A DNA stretch of 32,000 nucleotides from an uncultured Chloroflexia bacterium (GCA_963704755.1 OY969938.1:270001-302000); one strand, 5' to 3'. Positions 1-8,095 are shown, numbered from the stretch's first letter. Notes: generated by a model not told the origin, from the sequence alone. Translations and numbers: made by a program.

Positions 1-270
1 CGGCACATCCAGGTCAAAAACGCCAATACCGCCGCGATGCTGCCGGCCGTACATGTGGCGAGGTGTTCGCTTTATCAGGCCCTTTCGACTGCATGTAAAA
101 ATATTGACCGTTGTAGGAGGTTCGGTAAAAATTGTCTCTTCAGAAACCGGGACAGGAATTTCTCTTTCGATAGTCTTCGGTCGGGTTCGATGCTGTTCCA
201 GTTGATGTTCCAAGAAATTGATGTAAGTTATGATAGCCGGGTCGAGACCACTTAAGTCGGGTCGTTCCAT
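1..270 (-). CDS. Partial CDS (first 90 codons; continues past window start): protein with a DNA gyrase/topoisomerase IV subunit A C-terminal beta-pinwheel repeat
   Basis: Not in the supplied ORF track because no stop lies in the window. My minus-strand translation from ATG at 270 gives MERPDLSGLDPAIITYINFLEHQLEQHRTRPKTIEREIPVPVSEETIFTEPPTTVNIFTCSRKGLIKRTPRHMYGRQHRGGIGVFDLDVP. The stretch G-L-IKRTP-x5-GRQ-x-RGG-x-GV matches the GyrA/ParC C-terminal blade signature. GGAG lies 5 nt upstream of the ATG, and a minus-strand TATAAT lies at 300-305. Confidence 0.5.
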   Translation of the reverse strand, partial: MERPDLSGLDPAIITYINFLEHQLEQHRTRPKTIEREIPVPVSEETIFTEPPTTVNIFTCSRKGLIKRTPRHMYGRQHRGGIGVFDLDVP

Positions 271-737
271 ACATACTCCGTTTGATATCTTTAAATCAAA
301 TTATACCGGATAATAAAGCCATCCTGATTTTTGAGTTGTAGAACGTATTATCTACAACAAAAATAAGAGCAGGGGCGTTGGACTGAACGCCATAAACTTC
401 TACGAGAAGATTAACACCAATTCGTATTCATTCGATAGCAAACAGAATAATACAAAGAAGAAGTGGCGATTTATCACACGAAAAATGGGGCAGGTGAGGG
501 GAAATTTTGCGATTCGTCTTTATGCTTTCGATAAGTATCATTATCATAAGCATAAACTGAGCGTAATCAGGTCTGCCTTCCTACTACCTGCGCCTTTTCA
601 GTTTTTCGGTGCTTCTTTGCAATAAAACTGAAATTAAAAATGTCTATGACTATGTTAAAAGTAATTTTCCCGAGTTGCACCTTGTCATCCAGAAATCCTG
701 CTTTTAGGACTCAGGAGGCCTTCAAATCGGATGGCTT

Positions 738-795
738 GCAGAAAACCTGTGTAATTCTTCGCCTTGCCAGGTTTCAGCTCGGAATTACACAGGTT
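738..795 (-). terminator. Candidate intrinsic terminator downstream of the VIT1/ferritin gene
   Basis: A 14-bp perfect stem (744-757 AACCTGTGTAATTC pairs with 782-795 GAATTACACAGGTT) encloses a 24-nt loop. On the minus strand it is followed by TTTTCT (738-743). The loop is large for a classical terminator. Confidence 0.35.
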
Positions 796-911
796 AGGAC
801 TGCACCCGCAAAATGTTGGAAATTCCATGAATTGAGTCCCGCTAAGGCGAAGTCTGTGAATTCCGTTTTCGCTGCAGGATCATTTCTGGCTCATCTATAC
901 GCAGTTTTACC

Positions 912-2033
912 TCAGCCGCCCACACTTACACCGATAATTCTGCCGATTCCATAGGTGATTGCGGCGGCTAACAAGCCAAATATAACCATTCGCAAACCCG
1001 AATAAACCACCGTCCGCCCGGTGAACAAGGTGATCGCGGCCCCCAACCCGAACAGGCCTATGGCGCTCAAGCCGACGCTGACCGCGACCGCAGTTAATCC
1101 GTTGAGGAAGGTGAAAGCAATCACCGGGATGATCGCCCCGATGGCGAACAAGAAAAAGGAGGTAATCGCTGCCTCCCAGGCGGACCCGCCCAGTTCTTCA
1201 GGATCGATCCCCAGCTCTTCGCGCGCCAGCGTATCCAGAGCATGATTCTTGTCAGAAAGGATCTGATTCGCCAGGGTTCGGGACTGTTCGGGATCTAACC
1301 CGCGCGCTTCATAAATCAAAGCCAGCTCTTCGGCTTCTTCCTCAGGCGCTTGCTCTATTTCTTTTTCTTCGATCCGGATCTGGTTCCCATACAGTTCACG
1401 GGAAGATTGGACTGAGAGCCATTCCCCCAGGGCCATTGAGAAGGCGCCTGCCAGCAATCCGGCCAGTCCGGCGATTAGAATGGCCTTGTTGTTCATTGAG
1501 GCGCCTGCAACGCCCATGACCAGGCTTAGATTGGAAACCAACCCGTCGTTCGCGCCAAGCACCGCCGCCCGCAATGCATTTCCGCCCGTCGAGCGATGGC
1601 GGCCCTCGAGTTGCGCAACCAGGCTTCCCTGTAACCCGCCTCCCGCTCCCTTGCTGAGCTGGTTCAAAATCACAGAATGGGATTGTTCCTGAGCGGCAAA
1701 AGCCAGCCCGTTGGCCTGGACGGCATATGCCTTCGCCCCATCTTTTTCCATGGCCTGTAGCCCCGGCAAGATCAGCTCGGCCCCAAAGCGCTTCCCCAGC
1801 CAGATCAGTATCTTCGTACGTAATGTTGGCCGAAAGGCAGATACCTCGACATCGTTTTCTTTTAGCAATTCTTCCCACCGGGTAGCGTGCTTCAATTCTA
1901 CGGCTGCCATGCGCTTGTAGACTTCCTGGATTTTCTCATCCTTCTCCGCCTCGGCCAGGGAAGCATAAATCAATGCGCTGTTTTGTTCGTCTTTCCAAAA
2001 TTCAAGGTATAGATCTTTATTCGCAGTGTCCAT
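912..2033 (-). CDS. mbfA: Membrane-bound ferritin / VIT1(CCC1)-family Fe2+/Mn2+ exporter (MbfA-type: N-terminal erythrin/ferritin-like domain fused to a VIT1 membrane domain)
   Basis: 373-aa ORF. The N-terminal four-helix-bundle part has two ExxH motifs (AVELKHATRW, AQEQSHSVIL). VIT1 hallmarks are present: LRAAVLGANDGLVSNLSLVMGVAG, GEWLSVQSSRE, and C-terminal hydrophobic helices. A GAGGA SD lies 6 nt before ATG 2033. Confidence 0.85.
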   Translation of the reverse strand: MDTANKDLYLEFWKDEQNSALIYASLAEAEKDEKIQEVYKRMAAVELKHATRWEELLKENDVEVSAFRPTLRTKILIWLGKRFGAELILPGLQAMEKDGAKAYAVQANGLAFAAQEQSHSVILNQLSKGAGGGLQGSLVAQLEGRHRSTGGNALRAAVLGANDGLVSNLSLVMGVAGASMNNKAILIAGLAGLLAGAFSMALGEWLSVQSSRELYGNQIRIEEKEIEQAPEEEAEELALIYEARGLDPEQSRTLANQILSDKNHALDTLAREELGIDPEELGGSAWEAAITSFFLFAIGAIIPVIAFTFLNGLTAVAVSVGLSAIGLFGLGAAITLFTGRTVVYSGLRMVIFGLLAAAITYGIGRIIGVSVGG

Positions 2034-2180
2034 GTTGGTATCCTCGTATATCTCTATTTAGCCCTGTTTTATGCCCACCCCAGGGTTTTGTGAAGTTTTA
2101 GCTAGATAAATATGAGCCCCTGCCCTGTTCATGTCTTTAAATTATCACACAATCTTACAACTCAGACTATTTCGGAAATG

Positions 2181-2239
2181 AGGGGAGTTATTATTATTTT
2201 TCGCGTGCAAAGCATGCGAAAAATAATAATAACTCCCCT
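2181..2239. repeat. 59-nt near-perfect palindrome (28-bp stem, 3-nt loop) in a divergent promoter region
   Basis: AGGGGAGTTATTATTATTTTTCGCGTGC-AAA-GCATGCGAAAAATAATAATAACTCCCCT. There are 27 Watson-Crick pairs plus one G-T (2205/2215). Confidence 0.9.
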
Positions 2240-2334
2240 ATCTTTTGCGGTAGCTGAGTAATTACCACACAATTATAGAATATATGTTCCGTATCCACTT
2301 CTCGGGAAACACATTATACCGATAGTGCTGCAAT

Positions 2335-3339
2335 TTGTGCGATAATACACTTATGGATTTAAGCCAGACCATCGCTCAGGCCAGTGCAGCTTACCTTGAT
2401 TTGGTTAAATTGTCCCGCAGCCAGAATACGGCCAGGACGTACAAGAACGGGATCGAAATCTTTCTGAAGGTCCTGCAAGAAAAAGGCCTGCAAACAGAAA
2501 GCGATTCGATCAAAGACTTGCCCGAGGATGCCATCGTCTGGCTGGCCGACGAGCTCAAAGACCGGGCCCCCACAACCGAACGCCTATACCTGACTGCAGC
2601 CACAGGCCTGTATGAATACCTGGCCGCCGAAAACCTGCGTGAGGTCAATTTACCGCGCATCCGCTTGTTAATTCACCAACGTGCCCGCCGTCCCGGCGTA
2701 CGTTTACCCCAATTCCCGTCTAATTCAATCGATCGCATCATCACTTATCTTTCCGACCTGCAAAACTTATCCAGTGACGACGATTTGCAGCGCCTGCGCA
2801 ACCTGCGAGACCGCGCTTTTCTGATCACCCTGGCCGATACCGGCCTGCGCGTACACGAAGCCTGCAACCTAAGACGCGGCGACATCGATTGGAACGAAGG
2901 CCGGGCAATTATCATCGGCAAAGGCAACCGGCAAGACATCGTCCGCTTTTCCAAACGCTCCATGGATGCGATTCGCCAATATTTGCAAGCCCGGGCGAAA
3001 CTCGATGGAAATTCAGGCCGCTCTTTGAGCGCTATGCCCCTGTTCGCTCGCCACGATAAAGGCGCCGGCACCAAAACCAAACCGATGACCACCACTACCG
3101 GCCGCAATATCGTCGCCGAACGGGTCAAAGAGATCCTGGGCGAAGACGCCATCGGGACCATCACCCCCCACTCCTTCCGCCATTATTTCGTCACGCGCGT
3201 GCTGCGTGGTTCCGGGAATTTGAAACTGGCCCAGGAGCTTGCCCGCCACCGCAACATCGCCGTGACACAACGCTACGCCCACCTTTCCAACGATGAACTG
3301 GATAAAGGCTATTGGGACGTATTCGAAGAAAATCACTGA
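2335..3339 (+). CDS. Site-specific tyrosine recombinase, XerC/XerD-like (phage integrase family)
   Basis: The full catalytic set is present: ADTGLRVHEA (Arg), GKGNRQD (Lys), HSFRHYF (His-x-x-Arg), ARHRNIAVTQRYAHL (His, Tyr nucleophile). An N-terminal SAM-like core-binding domain is also present. The track start at 2335 is TTG. The first ATG at 2353 (MDLSQ...) lies 6 nt after TGcGATAAT, so 2353 is the more likely start. Confidence 0.85.
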   Translation: MCDNTLMDLSQTIAQASAAYLDLVKLSRSQNTARTYKNGIEIFLKVLQEKGLQTESDSIKDLPEDAIVWLADELKDRAPTTERLYLTAATGLYEYLAAENLREVNLPRIRLLIHQRARRPGVRLPQFPSNSIDRIITYLSDLQNLSSDDDLQRLRNLRDRAFLITLADTGLRVHEACNLRRGDIDWNEGRAIIIGKGNRQDIVRFSKRSMDAIRQYLQARAKLDGNSGRSLSAMPLFARHDKGAGTKTKPMTTTTGRNIVAERVKEILGEDAIGTITPHSFRHYFVTRVLRGSGNLKLAQELARHRNIAVTQRYAHLSNDELDKGYWDVFEENH

Positions 3340-3384
3340 ACCAGGAATTGGTTTAACCAGAACTACTCGAGCGGACATAAAGAA

Positions 3385-3434
3385 TTTCCCTATTTGAGGT
3401 GTTTGTATTGGGCCAAGCCCTGCGCAAACACCTC
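3385..3434 (+). repeat. Palindromic repeat element, copy A (shares a 21-nt core with 8096-8116)
   Basis: Core TTTCCCTATTTGAGGTGTTTG lies at 3385-3405. GAGGTGTTTG (3396-3405) pairs with CAAACACCTC (3425-3434). The loop holds a GGGC/GCCC mini-stem. Confidence 0.8.
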
Positions 3435-3481
3435 TATTTAATATTCTTACCCATTCGGTTGAATAGTCGCTTTCAACCAAT

Positions 3482-3520
3482 AAAAAGCCCCGCCAGGTCT
3501 TGAGCGGGGTTTTTTTATTT
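3482..3520. terminator. Bidirectional intrinsic terminator between convergent recombinase and lipoprotein genes
   Basis: AAAAAGCCCCGC-caggtcttga-GCGGGGTTTTTTTATTT: a GC-rich stem flanked by an A-run and a T-run. Confidence 0.8.
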
Positions 3521-3529
3521 ATATTACCG

Positions 3530-4621
3530 CTAATACGAAAAAGTGAAGGTATACCATGGAGGTGTGCTGTAATTCGTCCAGGTGCGGATATCGACCGAGG
3601 TCGGGTAGGTATCGAAAGAGCCTTTGAAGTCTATTCGTTCGTCCAGGTAAGTCCGTAGCGGGCTGATCGCAATCTTCGTACTTTCGGATTTCACGGTTTG
3701 GCCGGAAAAATGAAGGGTACCCAAAATTTCGTTGCTTTGGCCTAATACGATCAAATTGTTGGTCGAATTCTGGATCATCATGCTTAATTCCATGTGGTCC
3801 GCATAGCGGTATAGAATTTGCGGAATGATCGTCAACCCATAAGTCGTTTCAGGGGCATTGTCCAGGGTATGGTAATCAATCAGGTTGTTCCAGTTGTACA
3901 CCCACTGGCCGGCCTCATTGCGCATCGGCCAGACCTCGTCCCGGTTTTCTTTTTTGTCGGCAACACCATAGGTGTAAGTCACATGGACCAGCACGGTGGT
4001 GTTATCGCTCAACTCCTGGGCACCCACGATTTTAAGATCCGACCAGGCTGCCCCATCGCCAACCTGATTGGTCAAGGCTGTCTGTGCGTCGCTGCGGGTC
4101 ATCTGGTCCACCGCCAGGCTGTAGATCGAAACAAGTTGCGAGGCCTGGTCGAACTGCGTTTTCTGCAGGTCGGTAAAGTAATTCGTCAGGGCCGCTTCGG
4201 CGTCGGTGATATCCGATTCAACGGTGGCTGTAGCCGTCGGTGTCGCCGCTACAGTGGGCGTTTCCTGCGGAGCAGGCGTGCCCTGTTGGTTCTGGCCTTG
4301 CCGCCCTTGACCGGTCCCGGTATTTCCTTGCGGCGAGCGGGTTCCGTTTCCCTGGAAACCGCCCGGAAACGCAGTCCCGTTAAACTGGAATACCGTGGTG
4401 CCTTCCGCTTCAGCGGTTGCACGGAAGCTGCCTCCGCCTCCTGCCCCACGCGGGAAGCCGGTACCATTGAACTGGCGGGTTCCCTGGAAGCCGCCGGCCC
4501 CAAGGTTCCCCTGTCCACCGGAATTATTAACCGTATTATTGCTGCTGGCTGCCTGGCAGGCAGACAGCGCCATGATCAGGATTGACCCGGTAATTATCAA
4601 GAAGATCGTTTTTTTCTTCAT
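3530..4621 (-). CDS. Secreted lipoprotein of unknown function with a G/N/Q/F-rich low-complexity linker; last gene of the efflux operon
   Basis: MKKKTIFLIITGSILIMALSAC gives a signal peptide plus lipobox L-S-A-C. Residues about 25-110 are low complexity with repeated GGFQG and QFNGT-x-FP-x-G. The C-terminal ~250 aa look globular and I recognise no catalytic motif. The gap to the upstream permease gene is only 14 nt. Confidence 0.7.
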   Translation of the reverse strand: MKKKTIFLIITGSILIMALSACQAASSNNTVNNSGGQGNLGAGGFQGTRQFNGTGFPRGAGGGGSFRATAEAEGTTVFQFNGTAFPGGFQGNGTRSPQGNTGTGQGRQGQNQQGTPAPQETPTVAATPTATATVESDITDAEAALTNYFTDLQKTQFDQASQLVSIYSLAVDQMTRSDAQTALTNQVGDGAAWSDLKIVGAQELSDNTTVLVHVTYTYGVADKKENRDEVWPMRNEAGQWVYNWNNLIDYHTLDNAPETTYGLTIIPQILYRYADHMELSMMIQNSTNNLIVLGQSNEILGTLHFSGQTVKSESTKIAISPLRTYLDERIDFKGSFDTYPTSVDIRTWTNYSTPPWYTFTFSY

Positions 4622-4635
4622 AGCTCACCCACTTT

Positions 4636-5883
4636 TTATTCGTAGCGCAGCGCTTCGACAGGCTGCAAATTTGCTGCCCGATTGGCAGGATAAAGACCGA
4701 AAAGCAGTCCGACGAACATCGAGAAGATCGTCGCCAACAGGATCGAATTGACGCTGATTACAGCCTGGATTGTTGACCCACTTGAGGATATCAAACCGGT
4801 GATCACAAAGGTCAATATCCAGGCCAGTATGACGCCAACGAACCCTCCTGTAAGACTCAAGACTATTGATTCGGCCAGGAATTGGACCAGGATATCCCGC
4901 TTGCGGGCACCCAGGGCCTTCCGCAGTCCGATTTCGCGAGTCCGTTCCGAGACGGAAACCAGCATGATGTTCATGATGCCAATGCCACCAACCAACAACG
5001 AGATGGCGGCGATACCACCCAGAAAAGCTGTCATCGTTCCGGTGATCGAAGTCGCGGAAGAGAGGATGTCTTGCTGGGTCCGGATGGTGAAATCATCGCT
5101 TCCTTCAGCCGTCTTATGGCGGGTGCGCAGTATCGCGGTAATTTCATCCTCGGCGGATGTAACAGCGGTCGACGAAACCGCCTGGACTTCGATTTGATCC
5201 ACTGAATTGGCCGTCTGGCGCCGGCTTAACCGGATCTGGGCAGTGGTCAGCGGAACCAGGACACGATCATCCTGGCTGCCGAGCCCAGAGCCGCCTTTAG
5301 AAGCCAGCACTCCAATGATCCGGAATGGTGTCGTGCCAATGCGGATGGTTTGGCCGACCAGGTCATTTGTCCGCCCGAACAGGTTGGTCGCTGTGTCCGG
5401 GCCGATCAAGGCCACGGCCGAGCGGGCGTTGATATTGCTGTCGCTAATGAAGTCGCCTTCCGCTACCGTATCGTTGGACACACTGGCATAGGATGGCGTG
5501 ACCCCATAAATCGTAACTCTTTCAGACTGCCCACTGGCACTAACTTCCAGGTTCGTCTGGACGATCGGGGCAACCGCCTGCACGTCCGGCGCAGCGACTG
5601 GGTCAAGCAGCGCATTCGCATCGGCTAACGTGAGTGGTTTGATGTTGCGAACCTGTGTCTGCGCTTCCCGGCTCTGGAATTGGGCGCCGGAAGAGACGAA
5701 CAACAGGTTGACCCCAATTTGTTCGATTTGACCGGTGATGGATGATTGCGCCCCATTGCCAATTGCCATCAAAGCAATAACGGCTGCCACACCAATAACG
5801 ATCCCCAAGACAGTCAGGCCTGAACGCATTTTGTTTGCCATCAGGCTTTCCAAGGCTTCAAGAAGTGTCTGGCCTACCTTCAT
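4636..5883 (-). CDS. ABC transporter permease, MacB/FtsX family
   Basis: 415 aa. The N-terminus LMANKMRSGLTVLGIVIGVAAVIALMAIGNG forms TM1. A large extracytoplasmic domain follows, then a C-terminal FtsX-type 3-TM bundle (SVSERTREIGLRKALGARKRDIL). The start overlaps the ATPase stop (ATGA). Confidence 0.9.
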   Translation of the reverse strand: MKVGQTLLEALESLMANKMRSGLTVLGIVIGVAAVIALMAIGNGAQSSITGQIEQIGVNLLFVSSGAQFQSREAQTQVRNIKPLTLADANALLDPVAAPDVQAVAPIVQTNLEVSASGQSERVTIYGVTPSYASVSNDTVAEGDFISDSNINARSAVALIGPDTATNLFGRTNDLVGQTIRIGTTPFRIIGVLASKGGSGLGSQDDRVLVPLTTAQIRLSRRQTANSVDQIEVQAVSSTAVTSAEDEITAILRTRHKTAEGSDDFTIRTQQDILSSATSITGTMTAFLGGIAAISLLVGGIGIMNIMLVSVSERTREIGLRKALGARKRDILVQFLAESIVLSLTGGFVGVILAWILTFVITGLISSSGSTIQAVISVNSILLATIFSMFVGLLFGLYPANRAANLQPVEALRYE

Positions 5884-6560
5884 TGCTGCACCTCCACTAA
5901 ACCATCTTTGATGTGGATGACTCGTTGGGTCATGGCGGCGATGTTTGGATCGTGGGTGACGAAAATCAGTGTAGTTCCACGCCCCTCATTCAAACCAAGC
6001 AAAAGGTCCATAATTTCTTTGCCGGCTTTGCTGTCCAGGGCTCCGGTTGGTTCGTCAGCTAATATGATAGCGGGGTCGTTGACCAACGCCCGGGCGATGG
6101 CCACTCGCTGCTGCTGGCCTCCGGACAATTCGTTCGGGCGATGATTGAGCCGGTTACCCAGCCCAACAGACTCTAGCGCAGCCACTGCTCTGTCTCTCAT
6201 GTCGCCATTCGCTCCGGCGTAGCGTAAAGGTAATTCCACATTGCTCACCGCACTTTGACGGGGCAGCAGGTTAAAACTCTGAAAAACGAAGCCCACTTTT
6301 TGATTACGAATACTGGAAAGCTTATCGTCGTTCAAATTTGAGACCTTCTGCCCATCCAAAATGTAATCTCCTGAAGATGGCCGGTCCAGGCAGCCAATGA
6401 CGTTCATCAGTGTTGTCTTGCCCGAACCAGAAGGCCCCATGATCGAGACCACTTCGGAAGAAGAAATTTGCAGGGAAACGCCACGCAATGCCGGAACCTC
6501 GATTTCACCCAACTTATAAACCTTGGTCAGGTCTGTTGCGTTCACAACAAAATCAGACAT
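5880..6560 (-). CDS. ABC transporter ATP-binding protein, MacB/LolD-type
   Basis: Walker A GPSGSGKTT, signature LSGGQQQRVAIARAL, Walker B ILADEPTGALD, H-loop VTHD. Its start abuts and overlaps the adaptor gene's stop, which suggests translational coupling. Confidence 0.92.
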   Translation of the reverse strand: MSDFVVNATDLTKVYKLGEIEVPALRGVSLQISSSEVVSIMGPSGSGKTTLMNVIGCLDRPSSGDYILDGQKVSNLNDDKLSSIRNQKVGFVFQSFNLLPRQSAVSNVELPLRYAGANGDMRDRAVAALESVGLGNRLNHRPNELSGGQQQRVAIARALVNDPAIILADEPTGALDSKAGKEIMDLLLGLNEGRGTTLIFVTHDPNIAAMTQRVIHIKDGLVEVQQ

Positions 6561-8035
6561 TACCGGCCTCCTCCGCCAAATACGCCACCGAGACCACCAA
6601 AGCCAAAGCCGCCGGCTGCACCGCCACGCGTTGTGGTTGAGTTGGACGTCGTAGAAGAAGCCGATGTGGTGCCCGTGCTCACGACGATTGTGTCACCTAC
6701 ATTCAGGCCACTGGTTATCTGGGTTTCGGTATCCGAAGCTGCCCCCACGGTGATCGGCGTCGCGACGGTTGTGCCGTTTTGAACGACATCGACGAAGTCC
6801 TGGTTGCCCTGGGTGTGAATGGCCCGGGTTGGGATGACCAGTACGTTGGAAAGCTGGGTCGTTACAATGTTGACGCCGGCCGTCATGCCGGGCAGGATAT
6901 CCGAATCCGGGTTGGTCAGGGTGATGGTGACATCGTAATTGACGGCCCCACTGCTGGAGGACCCGGTTGTGGCCATATCCGTGACCGTGCCGGCATAGGT
7001 TTTGTTGGGGATGGCATCGAAGGTCACTTCGGCATCCTGGCCAACTTTTACGTTGACGATGTCAATTTCTGAAACCTGTACATCCACCAATAGTTTGGAC
7101 ATATCATCGATTTGAAATGCTACCGTACTGGTATCGACTTGATCCCCCACCTGGATATTGTCAGCCGTGATCGTCCCCGCGAAGGGGGCCGTCAATTTGG
7201 CCATATCCAGGGTAGCCTGGGCGCTATCCACAGCCGCCTGAGCTTTGGCGACATCACTGGGATCCGGACCGTCTTTTACCCGGTCCCACTCCTCTTTTGC
7301 GGTCAAGTAATTCGCCTGGGCTTGTTCGAGTGCCGCGTTCACCTGTTCGATGTCCAGGTCGGAGGGCAATCCCTGCACATAGAGATAGTTGTAATAAGAG
7401 CTGTTGTAGTTTTGCTGCGCCCGGGCCAATCCGCTCAAGGCAGCCGCGTAAACCGAATCGGAAGTCGAGCGGTTCTTGTTGGCGTTATAAATATCTTCTG
7501 CTTTGCTGAGCGCATCCTGTGATTGAATCAGATTAGCGTGGGCAATGTCGATCGTCTGCTGGCTGGCCCGCTGGTATTGCTTGCTTTGGACCGCCTTTTG
7601 AGCATTGTCCAGATCTTGCAGAGCCTGGATCAAGGCAACGTGTGCGCTCGCGCGCGTGGTGCTGTTATCCAAGACGTCTGCCAGATTTCGTTGGGCCGTA
7701 ATCAAATCCGACTCGGCCTGGATGATACTTTGCGGAAGGGAGGTCGAAGCCAAATCCGCCAGGACGTCTCCCTCCTTGACTGTTTGGCCTTTGGTAAAGT
7801 AAACATGCGCTACCTTGCCGGTCGTTTGCCAGGTGATGGTCGTGGTCTGGTTTGTACGCACGTTGCCAGAGGCGCCTACGGAATTGGTTATCGATCCCAA
7901 TTGAGCAGTCGTGGTTTGCACCGCTGCCTGATTTTTGCTGCCATTCAAGCGCTGGCGAATAATTGGGTAAACAACCAGACCGACTATGGCTAAAATTGCG
8001 ACCACCCCGATGATGATGAAGACTTTCTTCTTCAT
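6560..8035 (-). CDS. Efflux transporter periplasmic adaptor (HlyD/MacA/YknX-like membrane fusion protein) with a Gly-rich C-terminal tail
   Basis: N-terminal TM anchor MKKKVFIIIGVVAILAIVGLVVYPI, a long A/Q/L-rich coiled-coil hairpin, and beta-barrel segments (LTAPFAGTIT, VLVIPTRAI). I chose ATG 8035 with AGGAG upstream rather than the track start 8179. The extra 48 codons run through the palindromic repeat at 8096-8151. The C-terminus is TTRGGAAGGFGFGGLGGVFGGGGR. Confidence 0.85.
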   Translation of the reverse strand: MKKKVFIIIGVVAILAIVGLVVYPIIRQRLNGSKNQAAVQTTTAQLGSITNSVGASGNVRTNQTTTITWQTTGKVAHVYFTKGQTVKEGDVLADLASTSLPQSIIQAESDLITAQRNLADVLDNSTTRASAHVALIQALQDLDNAQKAVQSKQYQRASQQTIDIAHANLIQSQDALSKAEDIYNANKNRSTSDSVYAAALSGLARAQQNYNSSYYNYLYVQGLPSDLDIEQVNAALEQAQANYLTAKEEWDRVKDGPDPSDVAKAQAAVDSAQATLDMAKLTAPFAGTITADNIQVGDQVDTSTVAFQIDDMSKLLVDVQVSEIDIVNVKVGQDAEVTFDAIPNKTYAGTVTDMATTGSSSSGAVNYDVTITLTNPDSDILPGMTAGVNIVTTQLSNVLVIPTRAIHTQGNQDFVDVVQNGTTVATPITVGAASDTETQITSGLNVGDTIVVSTGTTSASSTTSNSTTTRGGAAGGFGFGGLGGVFGGGGR

Positions 8036-8095
8036 TAAGCACTCCTTGTATGATCTATCCAAATATTCATTGATGCATGAACTCGCTGAAAAATA

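Noticed and set aside
531-553. Fur box at GATAAGTATCATTATCAT
   Set aside because: Only the ATCATTATC half matches the 19-bp consensus, and the other half scores about 4 of 7. It is not positioned at a recognisable promoter. I kept it only as a remark inside the intergenic-gap finding.
685-828. 47-aa Cys-containing minus-strand ORF (MEFPTFCGCSPNLCNSELKPGK...), considered as a possible small peptide or RiPP precursor
   Set aside because: There is no convincing SD and no adjacent modification or export genes. The ORF spans the hairpin that more plausibly terminates mbfA. I cannot support it from sequence alone.
640-954. 104-aa plus-strand ORF in the large intergenic gap
   Set aside because: It has no SD and runs through the 14-bp hairpin. 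Its 3' end overlaps the convergent mbfA gene. The sequence is not protein-like.
2181-2239. The palindrome as a dif-like Xer site
   Set aside because: dif sites are about 28 bp (two 11-bp arms plus a 6-bp spacer). This is a 59-nt hairpin with a 3-nt loop and no resemblance to that layout.
2181-3339. Integron interpretation: tyrosine recombinase plus nearby hairpins acting as attC/attI
   Set aside because: The recombinase looks XerC/D-like. I saw no sign of the extra IntI-specific insertion. attC sites are imperfect, with extrahelical bases and R'/R'' GTTRRRY boxes, whereas these hairpins are perfect. No array of promoterless cassettes follows.
3818-4585. 255-aa plus-strand ORF antisense to the lipoprotein gene
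   Set aside because: This is a shadow ORF. It is Arg/Gly/Pro-rich with no start context or domain features. The minus-strand frame has a signal peptide, a lipobox and operon coupling.
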